Shown here in pieces: positions 36,281-46,886 of a DNA stretch of 64,000 bases; positions within the stretch are counted from its first letter, which is position 1, and each line of letters begins with the position of its first letter. This DNA is from an uncultured Chitinophagales bacterium (GTDB lineage: Bacteria; Bacteroidota; Bacteroidia; Chitinophagales; BACL12): NCBI GenBank assembly GCA_964463165.1, contig CAYXBK010000017.1, positions 11,569 through 75,568 of the forward strand. The letters run 5' to 3'. The notes beneath the pieces were generated by a model that made no database searches, was not told the origin of the DNA, and was given only the letters and a program-made list of their open reading frames with translations. The position numbers were made by a program, and so were the translations under genes.

Positions 36281-36866
36281 CCCGGATTCATTATTATTTG
36301 AACAGGCATTTACCAGAGGCACCTTTTATTTAGTTCTGTACTTTATAATTTTCATAATTATTTGGCTTTGTTGTGTCGTCAACTTTGGTAACCCGCTATC
36401 TTCCAGGTATTTCCTAATTTGTTTGTTTGCATTCCCCTACTTCGGTTATTTATTGTTTGTTTATGGTTATTTCGAAACCGGTATTGAAATAGATTTTATA
36501 AGCAACCGTTACAGAAATTATTTCAGCAATGGAAAATTACGTTTCGGAAAATGGAATGCACTTGAATTGCCTGATTTTTTATTGATTGAAAAAAATACAA
36601 ATCCTTTTAATTGGTGGAGGACAAAAACAGGATTTTCACGATTGCGAAGAGATGGTTTATTCAGCAGCGACCCTTATTTTTATTATCAATTATTTTTGAT
36701 CACAAAGGGAGATAAGGATCATTTAATTTTTACAACTGAAGGATTTGATTTTAATCTCCTGACAGCTAAAAATCTTTCAAATTATTTGCGAATTCCCGTA
36801 TATGAGCGGACGATCAAAGGTGAAAATTTAATTTATTCTCCTACTCGGGATCAACATAATAAATGA
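36264..36866 (+). CDS. hypothetical membrane protein
   Basis: ATG 36264 overlaps the mazG-like stop by 17 nt. Two N-terminal TM helices then a soluble domain; no motif recognised. Confidence 0.45.
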   Translation: MRNYNNPDSLLFEQAFTRGTFYLVLYFIIFIIIWLCCVVNFGNPLSSRYFLICLFAFPYFGYLLFVYGYFETGIEIDFISNRYRNYFSNGKLRFGKWNALELPDFLLIEKNTNPFNWWRTKTGFSRLRRDGLFSSDPYFYYQLFLITKGDKDHLIFTTEGFDFNLLTAKNLSNYLRIPVYERTIKGENLIYSPTRDQHNK

Positions 36867-37305
36867 TCTCTTTAATGTCCGCATCGGTTAATTGCGGAAA
36901 AGCCGGCATGATGCTGTTGTATTCACGAAACAAGGTATTGGCATATTTATCGCCTGTTGCCAGAAATCCCTGCGAATTTTTTACCCATGCATAAAGAGCA
37001 GTTGAATCGCTCCATCTGTCTTTTACATTCATCAATGGCGGCCCTGTTAATTTTCGCTCCACCATATGACAGCGTGCACAATTTGCAATAAATAAATTTT
37101 TTCCTGCGAGTGTTTCTCCTGTCATATAAACCGGTGCGGGAATATCATCTGCATCTTTTATTTCATTTTCTTCAGAAATAATTCCGCTTGCATCTTTAAA
37201 TGCACCCCATAAAATACCGAATGATAAAATCAACAACAACAGAAGTGCGATTGTTGCCGTGGAAGAAATTGTTTTGAGTTTCTTTTCGTCCATGGAAATG
37301 TGCAT
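36841..37305 (-). CDS. membrane-anchored class I c-type cytochrome
   Basis: N-terminal TM anchor and a single CARCH haem motif followed by PPL and a distal Met (IMPAF). Start could be the second ATG (MDEKK). Confidence 0.7.
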   Translation of the reverse strand: MHISMDEKKLKTISSTATIALLLLLILSFGILWGAFKDASGIISEENEIKDADDIPAPVYMTGETLAGKNLFIANCARCHMVERKLTGPPLMNVKDRWSDSTALYAWVKNSQGFLATGDKYANTLFREYNSIMPAFPQLTDADIKEIIYYVDPE

Positions 37306-37356
37306 TCAAAATTACAAAGCCTGTTTGATAACATCTATCTTTGGTCAACAATTTTT

Positions 37357-38592
37357 GTGAGCGTTAACAGCAAACTACTTCCGCTTCAAAACAGGGAATT
37401 CCGCTTTTTTCTTTATATGCGGGTATTCGTTACCATCGCATTTATGATTCAGGCCGTTATCGCGGGCTGGGAGATTTACAGCATCACAAAAAGTCCCTTA
37501 TCGCTTGGGTTGATAGGCCTGGCAGAAGCAATTCCTGCCATCGGGATTGCGCTGTACGCCGGGCATCTGGCGGATATCGGCAATAAAAGAAACATCCTCA
37601 TTGCCGCTTTAGTCGGTATGTTGCTTTCATCGCTTGGTTTTTTAATTATCACAACAGATTATATGCGCAACATCAACAGCGATGCAACAACAGTCGGGCT
37701 GATGTATGTATTTATTTTTTTCACAGGGCTCGCCCGTGGTTTTTATGCGCCAACAGGCACCGCTTTTTTTTCTCAGCTTGTAAACAGGGAATTGCTTTCA
37801 CAATCTGCAACACTTACACAAACCGTTTGGCAAATGGCTGCGATTGCCGGTCCGGCAATTGCAGGTTTTGCTTATGCAGGATTTGGAATTACAATTTCTA
37901 TGTGTCTGGTGCTGGCAAGTTTAGTAACCGGCATTATTTATCTCGCATCCATTAAATCAAAACCCATTATTCAATTAAATAATACCGAACCGATTCTACC
38001 GCGGTTAAAAGAGGGATTGCGATTTGTATTTAACAATAAAATCATTTTAAATGCATTGAGCCTCGATATGTTTTCTGTTTTATTCGGTGGAGCTGTTGCA
38101 TTGCTTCCCATTTTTGCAGATTCAATTTTAAAATGCGGGCCGCAGGGTTTAGGTATGTTGCGTGCAGCTCCGAGTGTTGGCGCCGCAATCACCATGATCA
38201 CTTTATCACTTTATAAATTGCCGGGCAAAGCAGGAAAAAATTTATTGTATGCCGTTGCGGGATTCGGCATCACGATTATTTTATTCGGGCTCTCAACAAA
38301 TTTTTATCTCTCTTTATTTTTATTATTTCTCAACGGCGCATTCGACAGCGTGAGTGTGGTTACACGTGCAAGCATTGTGCAATTGCTTGTGCCGGACGAA
38401 ATGCGTGGAAGAGTATCTGCTGTAAACACCATGTTCATCGGTTCAAGCAATGAGATCGGCGCATTTGAAAGCGGTGTAGCTGCGAGATTTATGGGAACGG
38501 TTCCTTCCGTCATTTTTGGTGGCACGGTTACATTATTAATTGTCGGATTTACTTCGTTAAAAGCAAAAGCATTAAAGGCATTTGATTATTGA
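37357..38592 (+). CDS. MFS transporter
   Basis: 12 predicted TM segments and an NREFRFFL N-terminus typical of the EntS/DUF894-like MFS group. GTG 37357 preferred because ATG 37300 would overlap the divergent cytochrome c start. Confidence 0.7.
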   Translation: MSVNSKLLPLQNREFRFFLYMRVFVTIAFMIQAVIAGWEIYSITKSPLSLGLIGLAEAIPAIGIALYAGHLADIGNKRNILIAALVGMLLSSLGFLIITTDYMRNINSDATTVGLMYVFIFFTGLARGFYAPTGTAFFSQLVNRELLSQSATLTQTVWQMAAIAGPAIAGFAYAGFGITISMCLVLASLVTGIIYLASIKSKPIIQLNNTEPILPRLKEGLRFVFNNKIILNALSLDMFSVLFGGAVALLPIFADSILKCGPQGLGMLRAAPSVGAAITMITLSLYKLPGKAGKNLLYAVAGFGITIILFGLSTNFYLSLFLLFLNGAFDSVSVVTRASIVQLLVPDEMRGRVSAVNTMFIGSSNEIGAFESGVAARFMGTVPSVIFGGTVTLLIVGFTSLKAKALKAFDY

Positions 38593-38607
38593 TCTTTCTT
38601 GTTTGAT

Positions 38608-40017
38608 TTAATTCACAGCAAGCGCATCTATTTTCCGCTTTTTATAGAGTGCCGCTTTTTGTATGGCCAAATCCTTTTTTTCCAGATCAACAACATGCTG
38701 CATTTGTTTTTCAATATTTAAAAAAAGTAAAAGAAACCAGGCCATTGCAATAAAAATTGCAAATGCAAAAAGAGAAATTTGCCAGCTGAAATTCGAAGTG
38801 ATGGGCCCGATAAAACTTACAAAAGTCATTTGTCCGAGGTTGGCGATTGTCATATATAATGTAAACTGGCTCGCGGACACTTTTTTCCAACAACATTGCA
38901 TTGCCGCTGCAAATATGGCAATTGATGAGAAGGTGTAAATTGCATTGTGAACAAGCATATAAGTATAAATAAAACTTCTGTCGGCCCAGAATGCTTTTGA
39001 AAAAGCCAATATGGAAATTAAAAATATCGCACCGAAAAAATAGATATTCAGCATTCGCTTTTTACCGAATTTGTCAATTAAAAAACCGCCGATCAACATA
39101 CCGGCAATACCACCGATGAGCTTTGCGCTCGCATAATTCTGCGAATAATCAATATCACTCCATCCCAATTCTTTCACCGTAAATATGGGCATGATTGTAC
39201 CTATATATTTAAAAGCCCCCTGGCATATAAATAGTATGATAGCAATTAATAAAGAATTGCGTAAACGAACTACTTTGAATAAAGATGAAAATATCTCTTT
39301 CCAATTTGTTAGTTGCAGTGTTTGGGATTCATGTGATGCTTTTCCTTTTGTCCATGGCGCAATTTTTTCACCTGCTCTTTCCCTTAAAAATACCGGCACC
39401 AGCATGATGACAGCAATTGCAGCAGCCATTGTCAGCATGGCCGTTGTTAAATCATATTTGTTCAACAACAAACTCCCGATTGCCAAAGCGATGGACATAC
39501 CGCAAATTTTTGAGCCCCACATAAAACCATTCGCTTTTGCCTGCTGTTCGGCCGGTATAACATCTACTGCCATTCCATCTGTTGCCACATCCTGAAAGGC
39601 TCCAAAAAACGAAACCATAAATGCACCAATCATTAATTGATTCATATTATTTAACGGATCGGGAATAAACGCCATGTAAATACAACTCAACACAAGACCC
39701 AACTGGCCAATCAATATCCAGGGCCTTTTTCTACCCATCGATAAAAATGTATAGCGATCCATTAATGGCGCCACAACAAATTTAAAACTCCAGGGGAGCA
39801 CCGTAATAATTGCAAAGCCCGCAATTTCTCCGGCAGATTTACCATTCATTGCCATCCATGCCGGTATGCCTAAACCAACCATTCCTTCGGGGATCCCTTG
39901 CGCAAAATACAATGCGATGAAATTGAAATATCTCAGAACGGGATTTTGAGAAAGTGCAGGAATGCTTTTATTTTTCGTCAGGCGGATATTGATTGTTGTT
40001 TTCATTTTATAATTCAT
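38608..40017 (-). CDS. MFS transporter (AmpG/folate-biopterin-like)
   Basis: 12-14 TM segments, FIALYFAQGIPEGMVGLGIPAWM N-terminal motif; 469 aa. Confidence 0.65.
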   Translation of the reverse strand: MNYKMKTTINIRLTKNKSIPALSQNPVLRYFNFIALYFAQGIPEGMVGLGIPAWMAMNGKSAGEIAGFAIITVLPWSFKFVVAPLMDRYTFLSMGRKRPWILIGQLGLVLSCIYMAFIPDPLNNMNQLMIGAFMVSFFGAFQDVATDGMAVDVIPAEQQAKANGFMWGSKICGMSIALAIGSLLLNKYDLTTAMLTMAAAIAVIMLVPVFLRERAGEKIAPWTKGKASHESQTLQLTNWKEIFSSLFKVVRLRNSLLIAIILFICQGAFKYIGTIMPIFTVKELGWSDIDYSQNYASAKLIGGIAGMLIGGFLIDKFGKKRMLNIYFFGAIFLISILAFSKAFWADRSFIYTYMLVHNAIYTFSSIAIFAAAMQCCWKKVSASQFTLYMTIANLGQMTFVSFIGPITSNFSWQISLFAFAIFIAMAWFLLLFLNIEKQMQHVVDLEKKDLAIQKAALYKKRKIDALAVN

Positions 40018-40065
40018 TTTTCAATTGTAAATCCGGAAATGCCTTTTGATTAATTTTTATGAATA

Positions 40066-40100
40066 AATGTCTTCGTGGAATTTAAATCCACGAAGACATT
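40066..40100 (-). terminator. perfect 14-bp hairpin downstream of 40115..40849
   Basis: AATGTCTTCGTGGA-atttaaa-TCCACGAAGACATT, 14 nt past the stop codon. The flanking sequence is A/T-rich but the U-tract on the minus strand is imperfect. Confidence 0.5.
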
Positions 40101-40114
40101 ATTTTATTTCTGTT

Positions 40115-40849
40115 TTATTTTGAACTTAAATCAGGGCGCAGAAAAAGTAATTCGCTCCAGCTTTCATCTACATTTTCCGAGAGACTATTCAGGTATTGCG
40201 CATAAGAACCCTGCCCGTAAATCGATTCATACACTTCTTTAAAAGGTGCACGAAATCCGACTTCTTTTTCCTGCAAACCTTTTTTATATCTCGTTACCAA
40301 AGTGTATTGCAACCTGCCTGAACTATTGGAAACATAAACGGCAACTGTTACACCCGAAGCCAACCATGCTTTTTTCAAATTCGAAATGATTTTTACCACT
40401 TCATCGCCTTTAGCTACTTTCGGATATATATGCGTGATATTGATTTTATCGGTATAATCATTAACAGCAATAGTGCTCAAAGTATCGATATACACAAAAT
40501 AGGATGCTGATTGCCTGTCGGTTAAATAAACGGATACGTTTTTATTCCAGTCCAGTGTATGTTCATCACCCAAATCACCTCTTGCATCTTCTCCGGCCCA
40601 GCTCGTTGGCCCTTCAGAGATATGATAACCTCCCGCATCGGGACCGGACTGAATAAAAAATACCCGCCAGCTTACATCACCTGTATGATATTTCTGTGCA
40701 TGTGCCGCCAGGCCTTTTTCAAATTCCAGCACTTTATCCATTTTCGGAAAAACACGATGCGTGGATATTACATTCTTTGTTTGTGCCATACCTAAAAAAG
40801 GTACCAGCATAATGAGGGCTAAAAACGCCGCTTTGAAGTTTTGTTTCAT
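40115..40849 (-). CDS. hypothetical secreted protein
   Basis: Clear signal peptide (LVPFLGMAQ); no motif recognised. Confidence 0.5.
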   Translation of the reverse strand: MKQNFKAAFLALIMLVPFLGMAQTKNVISTHRVFPKMDKVLEFEKGLAAHAQKYHTGDVSWRVFFIQSGPDAGGYHISEGPTSWAGEDARGDLGDEHTLDWNKNVSVYLTDRQSASYFVYIDTLSTIAVNDYTDKINITHIYPKVAKGDEVVKIISNLKKAWLASGVTVAVYVSNSSGRLQYTLVTRYKKGLQEKEVGFRAPFKEVYESIYGQGSYAQYLNSLSENVDESWSELLFLRPDLSSK

Positions 40850-41082
40850 ATCAATTTTTTTTGGGTTAATGAATGTGCCGGGGATTTATTTCCGACAGGA
40901 CAAAGCTCCGTTCAAGCCGTTTTTTTTGTGAAGACAAATCAGTCCTTTCATATCAGTTTTTCGACATTCATCAGGACATATTGTGCATGCATAGGATTAT
41001 TTCATCATTTTGCGAATACACCCTTGGTTTTATTCCGGTTTAATGCATTAAAAAACCAAGCTGCTCTTATCTTTAATTTTAA

Positions 41083-44000
41083 ATGCAGATTGCCCTTCTC
41101 CCTGTCAAACGATGGCTCGTTATTTTGATCTTATGGTCGGCGCTGCCTGTCTACGGACAATTTCAGTATGAATGGTTAACCACTTCAAATGGTTTGTCGC
41201 AGGGCTTTATATATGATATCCTGCAGGATCAGGATGGCTTCATGTGGTTTGGGACAAAAGACGGGCTTAACAGGTATGACGGATATTCATTTAAAGTGTA
41301 TACCCACGACAGTTATAATTCCAATTCAATCAGCAACAATACAATCAATCATATTTTAGAAGACAGTAAAGGGAGATTGTGGATCACCACCGATGACGGT
41401 ATAAATATTTACGATAAAAGAAATGACAGTTTCCGAAAAATTCTGAACGACCCTGAAGATAAAAACAGTATTTCCGGTAATAAAATAGAATTACCGGTAA
41501 TTGAATTGGGAGAGGGCCGGTTTTTGGTATTTCCGCACGAGAAAAATTTAGAAATTATTTCCCTTCCCGACGATTTTATCGAAAGTAACAAACCTCCATC
41601 CATCACACATTTATTTGCTCCCGAATTACGCAACCCCGACTATATTTTTAAGGACGGCAATGGTAAAATATATCTGGTTTCCGAAGATAAATTATATGAA
41701 TTCCTGCCGGATGAAATGCAAATTAAATTAAGAAAAAAGGATATGCATTTTAATCAATCCTCACTCAACGCGGACGGCAGTTTATGGTTAAATGATGTTT
41801 TTTTCAGTCAGATGAAAGACACCATTCTTTATCCCTTGTTCACAAAAACTATAACGCATGGACATGGAAATTTTTTCATGTATGAAGAAGATAAAAAAAG
41901 ATTGTGGGTTGGAATTACCGATATTGGAAATCTGCAGATTTACGATATTAAAAACTGGAAAAGAGGCGCTCCCCTTGATCCGGACAACTGCAAAATTCAG
42001 GATGAATTTGGGATAACCGTTACCAAATTTTATACGGACAGATCCGGAATTATCTGGGTGGGAACAAATGGCTATGGAATCCGGAAATACAGTACCAACG
42101 CTGAAAAATTTGCACAGTTTGCAAGCGGTATGAGTATTCGTAAAATTGAAGCATGTCAAAATAATGAATTTTATTTAAAAGGCTGGCACGAGGTGCGGCG
42201 GTACGATTTAAATGGGAACAATATAACCACATCAAAAGATCAGGAACTGCACTTTCAACAGGATTTTATGGTGGGAAAAGATAATTCCATCTGGTTTTTA
42301 CATGGCAAAAAAGATGAGAAAAATAATCGGGTAAATGAAGTGCTTGAAAATTATGATCCGGTAACAAAAACAAGTAAAGATTATTCATTCACTCTTGATA
42401 TTTCACAGGAATTGATTGAATCAAAAATGGAAGACAGTCATGGGAATATCTGGATATGCGGAGCAGGAGGAACAATGCTTGTCCTTCAGCCTGAAACAGG
42501 TCAGCATAAAATAATTTCGATAAATACCGATCTAACCAATCCCATGCTGAAGAGCGCTGAAATAACTGCATTGTATGAAGATGAAAAGAATATATATTGG
42601 GCAGGAACTGAAACCGGATTAGTAAAATTGATGTATGATCCTTCTTCCGATGCGCAACCAAAAATAAAATGGTATAAAACAAATCCAAATGACGAAACGG
42701 GGCTGAGTTATGCGCATGTTTTGTCCATTGTAAATGATCCTTTCGATAAAAACATTTTATGGGTGGCAACAAAAGGTGGCGGAATCAATCGTTTGGACAA
42801 AACCAAAAATCAGTTTTCTCATATTACCACTACAGATGGTTTATGCAATAATGTCGTTTACGGTTTATTGGTTGATGATGCCGGTAATATTTGGGGAAGT
42901 ACCAATAAAGGGATTTTTTGTATGACGGCCATATCAAAAAATAATGTGGTAAATTATAGTTTCAGAAATTTTACGAAAACCGCAGGCTTGCAACATGATG
43001 AATTCAATACGGGCGCATTTAAAAAATTATCGAATGGCAACCTTGCCTTCGGCGGTGTAAACGGCGTAAATATTTTTAATCCGGCCGTTGTTCTGCAAAG
43101 TGAATTTACACCCAAAGTTTTTATTACAAATATTTTAGTGGGCAACAAAATAGTTACGCCCGATAACAAAATTATTTCAACACAAAAATCAAATAACAAA
43201 AACCAATCACTTACCCTTGATTATTGGCAGGATATATTAACGCTTGAATTTTCATCACTCGATTTTACCGCACCCAATCAAAATAAATACAGGTATCAAA
43301 TGGTTGGTATGGATAAAACATGGGTGGAGTCGGGCACCCGGCGATCAGTAACATATCTGCGTTTGCCGGCCGGTAATTATACTTTTAAAGTACAGGGAAG
43401 TAATAGCCAGGGAGTTTGGAGCGATCATATTGCAGAACTGAATATTATTGTGAAACCGCCTTTATGGTTTACATGGTGGGCGTATTTAATTTATGCAATT
43501 TTAATTGCCATCGGTGTGAGAGCATATTTCAGGTTCAGAATAAATAAAGCAAAACTCGAATCACAATTAAATTTTGAACAGCAGGAAGCAAAACGTGTAA
43601 AAGAACTTGACAGCATAAAAACGCAGCTTTATGCAAATATCACCCACGAATTCAGAACACCGCTGACGGTTATTTTGGGTATGGCAAACCAGGTGAAAAA
43701 TAATCCGGAAAAGCATCTGGAAACCGGCGTGGATATGATTGTGCGCAATGGTGAAAATTTATTAACCCTTGTCAACGAAATGCTCGACTTGTCGAAACTG
43801 GAAGACGGCAAAATGGCTTTGCATTTAACCAATGGCGATATCATTTCTTTTTTGAGATATATGGTTGAATCTTTTCAATCACTCGCGGCAGGACAACTAA
43901 AACAATTTCATTTTTTATCGGAGATCGATGAACTGCATGTTGCATTTGATGCTGAAAAAATCCGGCAGATCATCAGCAACCTTTTATCAAATGCATTAAA

Positions 44001-45240
44001 ATTTACAGCTGCACATGGAAATATTTATGTGAGCATTTCGCAGGAGAAAGATTTAATTAATGATTTGTCGATCGTTATATTAAAAGTAAAAGATACAGGC
44101 ATCGGCATTCCCGAAAATCAGGTGGAATATATTTTTGATCGTTTTTACCAGCTTGATAATAGCCAGACACGAAAAACCGGTGGCACAGGAATCGGCCTTG
44201 CGCTGACAAAAGAATTAGTAAAGCTGATGAATGGTTCCATCCATGTAAAAAGCCCGCCGGTTGGTGCCGTAAAAGGAACGGAATTTACCGTGACAATTCC
44301 ATTGACAAGAGCAAGCATTGCAGAAGAAAAAACGGTTATTCTGCAACAGGTTTCGAAAGATGAAAATACATCATCAACAAAAATTAAATCTACCAACGGG
44401 TATTTAATCAATTCCGAAATCGACGATGCCAATCAACCATTAATATTATTGGTGGAAGACAATGCCGATGTGGTGGCATATACTGCCAGTTGTTTGCCCG
44501 ATTATAAATTATCAGTTGGGCAGGATGGTGCGGAAGGTTTTGATATTGCAGTAAATATTATTCCCGATTTAATTATCAGCGATGTGATGATGCCTTTTGT
44601 AGATGGATTTGAGATGTGCCGTAAATTACGTTTGGATGAGCGGACAAGTCATATCCCCATTATTATGCTCACAGCAAAAGCTGATTTGAAAAGCAAACTC
44701 GAAGGCATTGAAAAAGGTGCAGATATTTACCTGGAAAAACCATTTCACAAAGAAGAATTATTGTTGCGTATTAAAAAATTATTGGAGCAACGTAAACACT
44801 TACAACAATACTACAGCAGGCAAATCGGTATTCTGCAAAATGGAGACACTTCTGCAATACCGGAAACAAAAACTATTTCGGAAGAAAAAACCGAACATGT
44901 ATTTGTAAAAAAAGTGCGGGAAATTGTTGAAGCCAATTTCAACAATCATGAATTTAATGTTGAACAATTGTGCAGGAATATATTTATGAGTCATTCGCAA
45001 TTGCACCGGAAATTAGAAGCGCTTACAGGTTGTTCACCCAATAAATTCATCCGGATTGTCCGCTTAACCAAAGCAAAGGAATTACTTGCCGACGATTCAT
45101 TAAGCATAGCTGCAATCGCACTTGCATGTGGCTATAGCGACGCCGGATATTTTGCCCGCGTATTTAAACAGGAAACCGGATTCACACCGCAGGAATGGAG
45201 GGGGAGAAAGGAGGAAGGAGAAAGGAGAAAGGAGGGCTGA
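41083..45240 (+). CDS. hybrid two-component system sensor kinase/response regulator with AraC output (HTCS)
   Basis: Periplasmic propeller repeats (DGFMWFGTKDGLNRYDG etc.) and a Y_Y_Y region, then a TM segment and the H-box ITHEFRTPLT. Followed by HATPase DTGIGIP/GGTGIGLAL, receiver LLVEDNADV...SDVMMP...LTAK and an AraC HTH. The last ~13 codons read into a GGAGAAAGGAG word repeat. Confidence 0.9.
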   Translation: MQIALLPVKRWLVILILWSALPVYGQFQYEWLTTSNGLSQGFIYDILQDQDGFMWFGTKDGLNRYDGYSFKVYTHDSYNSNSISNNTINHILEDSKGRLWITTDDGINIYDKRNDSFRKILNDPEDKNSISGNKIELPVIELGEGRFLVFPHEKNLEIISLPDDFIESNKPPSITHLFAPELRNPDYIFKDGNGKIYLVSEDKLYEFLPDEMQIKLRKKDMHFNQSSLNADGSLWLNDVFFSQMKDTILYPLFTKTITHGHGNFFMYEEDKKRLWVGITDIGNLQIYDIKNWKRGAPLDPDNCKIQDEFGITVTKFYTDRSGIIWVGTNGYGIRKYSTNAEKFAQFASGMSIRKIEACQNNEFYLKGWHEVRRYDLNGNNITTSKDQELHFQQDFMVGKDNSIWFLHGKKDEKNNRVNEVLENYDPVTKTSKDYSFTLDISQELIESKMEDSHGNIWICGAGGTMLVLQPETGQHKIISINTDLTNPMLKSAEITALYEDEKNIYWAGTETGLVKLMYDPSSDAQPKIKWYKTNPNDETGLSYAHVLSIVNDPFDKNILWVATKGGGINRLDKTKNQFSHITTTDGLCNNVVYGLLVDDAGNIWGSTNKGIFCMTAISKNNVVNYSFRNFTKTAGLQHDEFNTGAFKKLSNGNLAFGGVNGVNIFNPAVVLQSEFTPKVFITNILVGNKIVTPDNKIISTQKSNNKNQSLTLDYWQDILTLEFSSLDFTAPNQNKYRYQMVGMDKTWVESGTRRSVTYLRLPAGNYTFKVQGSNSQGVWSDHIAELNIIVKPPLWFTWWAYLIYAILIAIGVRAYFRFRINKAKLESQLNFEQQEAKRVKELDSIKTQLYANITHEFRTPLTVILGMANQVKNNPEKHLETGVDMIVRNGENLLTLVNEMLDLSKLEDGKMALHLTNGDIISFLRYMVESFQSLAAGQLKQFHFLSEIDELHVAFDAEKIRQIISNLLSNALKFTAAHGNIYVSISQEKDLINDLSIVILKVKDTGIGIPENQVEYIFDRFYQLDNSQTRKTGGTGIGLALTKELVKLMNGSIHVKSPPVGAVKGTEFTVTIPLTRASIAEEKTVILQQVSKDENTSSTKIKSTNGYLINSEIDDANQPLILLVEDNADVVAYTASCLPDYKLSVGQDGAEGFDIAVNIIPDLIISDVMMPFVDGFEMCRKLRLDERTSHIPIIMLTAKADLKSKLEGIEKGADIYLEKPFHKEELLLRIKKLLEQRKHLQQYYSRQIGILQNGDTSAIPETKTISEEKTEHVFVKKVREIVEANFNNHEFNVEQLCRNIFMSHSQLHRKLEALTGCSPNKFIRIVRLTKAKELLADDSLSIAAIALACGYSDAGYFARVFKQETGFTPQEWRGRKEEGERRKEG

Positions 45241-45270
45241 CGCAAATGGTGAGTGGTGAGTCGTTTGCGG
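45198..45270. repeat. short tandem word repeats (GGAGAAAGGAG, CTGACGCAAA, GGTGAGTGG)
   Basis: GGAGGGGGAGAAAGGAGGAAGGAGAAAGGAGAAAGGAGGGCTGACGCAAATGGTGAGTGGTGAGTCG spans the HTCS stop codon (45238-45240). Confidence 0.75.
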
Positions 45271-45281
45271 GAATTATTTAA

Positions 45282-46787
45282 TTACTGTTTAATAAATTTT
45301 CCACGGAGAGTTTGGTTATCGTTTTTTAATTCGAGGATATAAATGCCGGGGATTAAGTTTTCAATGGAAATAAAACCATTTATTATTTCTTCCTTCATAA
45401 CCAGTCTTCCGTTCAGATCATAAATACATCCGTTTTTAAAATCTCCTTCACCAATCTGAATAATATTAACTGCAGGGTTTGGATTTATTTCAAAATTTTC
45501 AACTTCATTGTTTTCGATTGTTACAGTAAAAATATCTACGTCTCCAAACAATTCGCCATTGATGTAATATCCGATAAGAAACCATGAATCATCCGATTTA
45601 GAAACAGACTTGTTATAATTTGTTATACCGATATTAGTTTGCATCGTTAACCCATATCCGATATCTGCTATTGACCATACTAAACAATCAGCGTAAGTAT
45701 CTAACCTATTAACTCCGGTTCCAAAACTTCGCTCAATTTCAGGCTTAACACCGGCAGTATAAATTATATCAAACATACACCATATATCAGTCTGATATTC
45801 GGTAAAATAATTTCCATATTGATTATTTGCAAATCCTATAAAATCCGGATGAGCCAAAAGCAATGGGTCAAATCCTGCTCTTTCGAAAACTACTTTCTGA
45901 TCCGGGAAAGAAATTATTGCATCAGCTGTATCTTTTTTTAATCTGTCGAAATGGTAGACAATGCTGTCTGTATAAATTATTTTAGAAATGATCGAATCAC
46001 GGTAATATTCAAAATAATTTACATATGAAAACGGGTCGATATTACTTACATCTCGTCTCCACATTAAAATATCACCTTCAGCATAACCAAAATAATCTTC
46101 ATAATCAGGGAGATAAAAACCTTCGCTTATATCTTCATCAGAAAAACCTTCCAGATAATAAACCGGCGGCACACCACTACCATCATAATTTGCAAGGAAA
46201 TTAAAATCGACGAACTGAATTAACCCGAAATTCTTGCTGAGTTTAATTTGCAGGCCATCAATCATTCCGGCTCCCGGTTCTGAAAACGTAAATATTTTTA
46301 CACTATCTGTAATTCCAAAAATTAATTCTTCCATAATTCCGGTGCATTCAATTAAGACATCTTCCATTCCCGGTTGTAAAATGTTCCAAGTATCGCCCGC
46401 CTGACTTTCTTCAAGGAAATACATGCTATACGAAATAGATCCTGAATAAATAAAAGAGGTGTCGTTTCTTACAACGATTGAATCAATAAACGGAAATTCA
46501 TTTAATTTCTGATGATCACAATATAAAGATCCTTCATCAATTGCAAATTCAACTGCATGAATGCAATCATTGCTTAGTCCATAAAATCCCCATGCATCAA
46601 ATTTGAATATTGATGAAATACCATCATCTATGAATTCATTAACTGCTGCAATTTCAAAACTATCGCTTATTGTAGATGCTGTATAAAATGATCTTTGCGA
46701 GGGCGGAAACAATTCCCAATTCTGCGCAAATCCAAATTGAATAAAAAAAGAAAATAATATGAAGAGATTTTTTTTCACAGGTGGCAT
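45282..46787 (-). CDS. hypothetical secreted protein with T9SS C-terminal sorting domain
   Basis: Signal peptide (FIQFGFAQ). The C-terminal INPNPAVNIIQI...GIYILELKNDNQTLRGKFIKQ is CTD-like, and the body has no motif I recognise. Confidence 0.6.
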   Translation of the reverse strand: MPPVKKNLFILFSFFIQFGFAQNWELFPPSQRSFYTASTISDSFEIAAVNEFIDDGISSIFKFDAWGFYGLSNDCIHAVEFAIDEGSLYCDHQKLNEFPFIDSIVVRNDTSFIYSGSISYSMYFLEESQAGDTWNILQPGMEDVLIECTGIMEELIFGITDSVKIFTFSEPGAGMIDGLQIKLSKNFGLIQFVDFNFLANYDGSGVPPVYYLEGFSDEDISEGFYLPDYEDYFGYAEGDILMWRRDVSNIDPFSYVNYFEYYRDSIISKIIYTDSIVYHFDRLKKDTADAIISFPDQKVVFERAGFDPLLLAHPDFIGFANNQYGNYFTEYQTDIWCMFDIIYTAGVKPEIERSFGTGVNRLDTYADCLVWSIADIGYGLTMQTNIGITNYNKSVSKSDDSWFLIGYYINGELFGDVDIFTVTIENNEVENFEINPNPAVNIIQIGEGDFKNGCIYDLNGRLVMKEEIINGFISIENLIPGIYILELKNDNQTLRGKFIKQ

Positions 46788-46886
46788 TGTGAAAATAAAT
46801 GTAGGAAAAATATCTTTGAGAATCTACAGGGAATTGTAAAAATCGATAAACGCCCTCCCTTGTTTCTCATATGGGTACCGCTTTTA

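Noticed and set aside
41083-45240. HTCS as marker of a polysaccharide utilisation locus
   Set aside because: No SusC/SusD pair or glycoside hydrolase genes flank it in this window, so I cannot claim a PUL.
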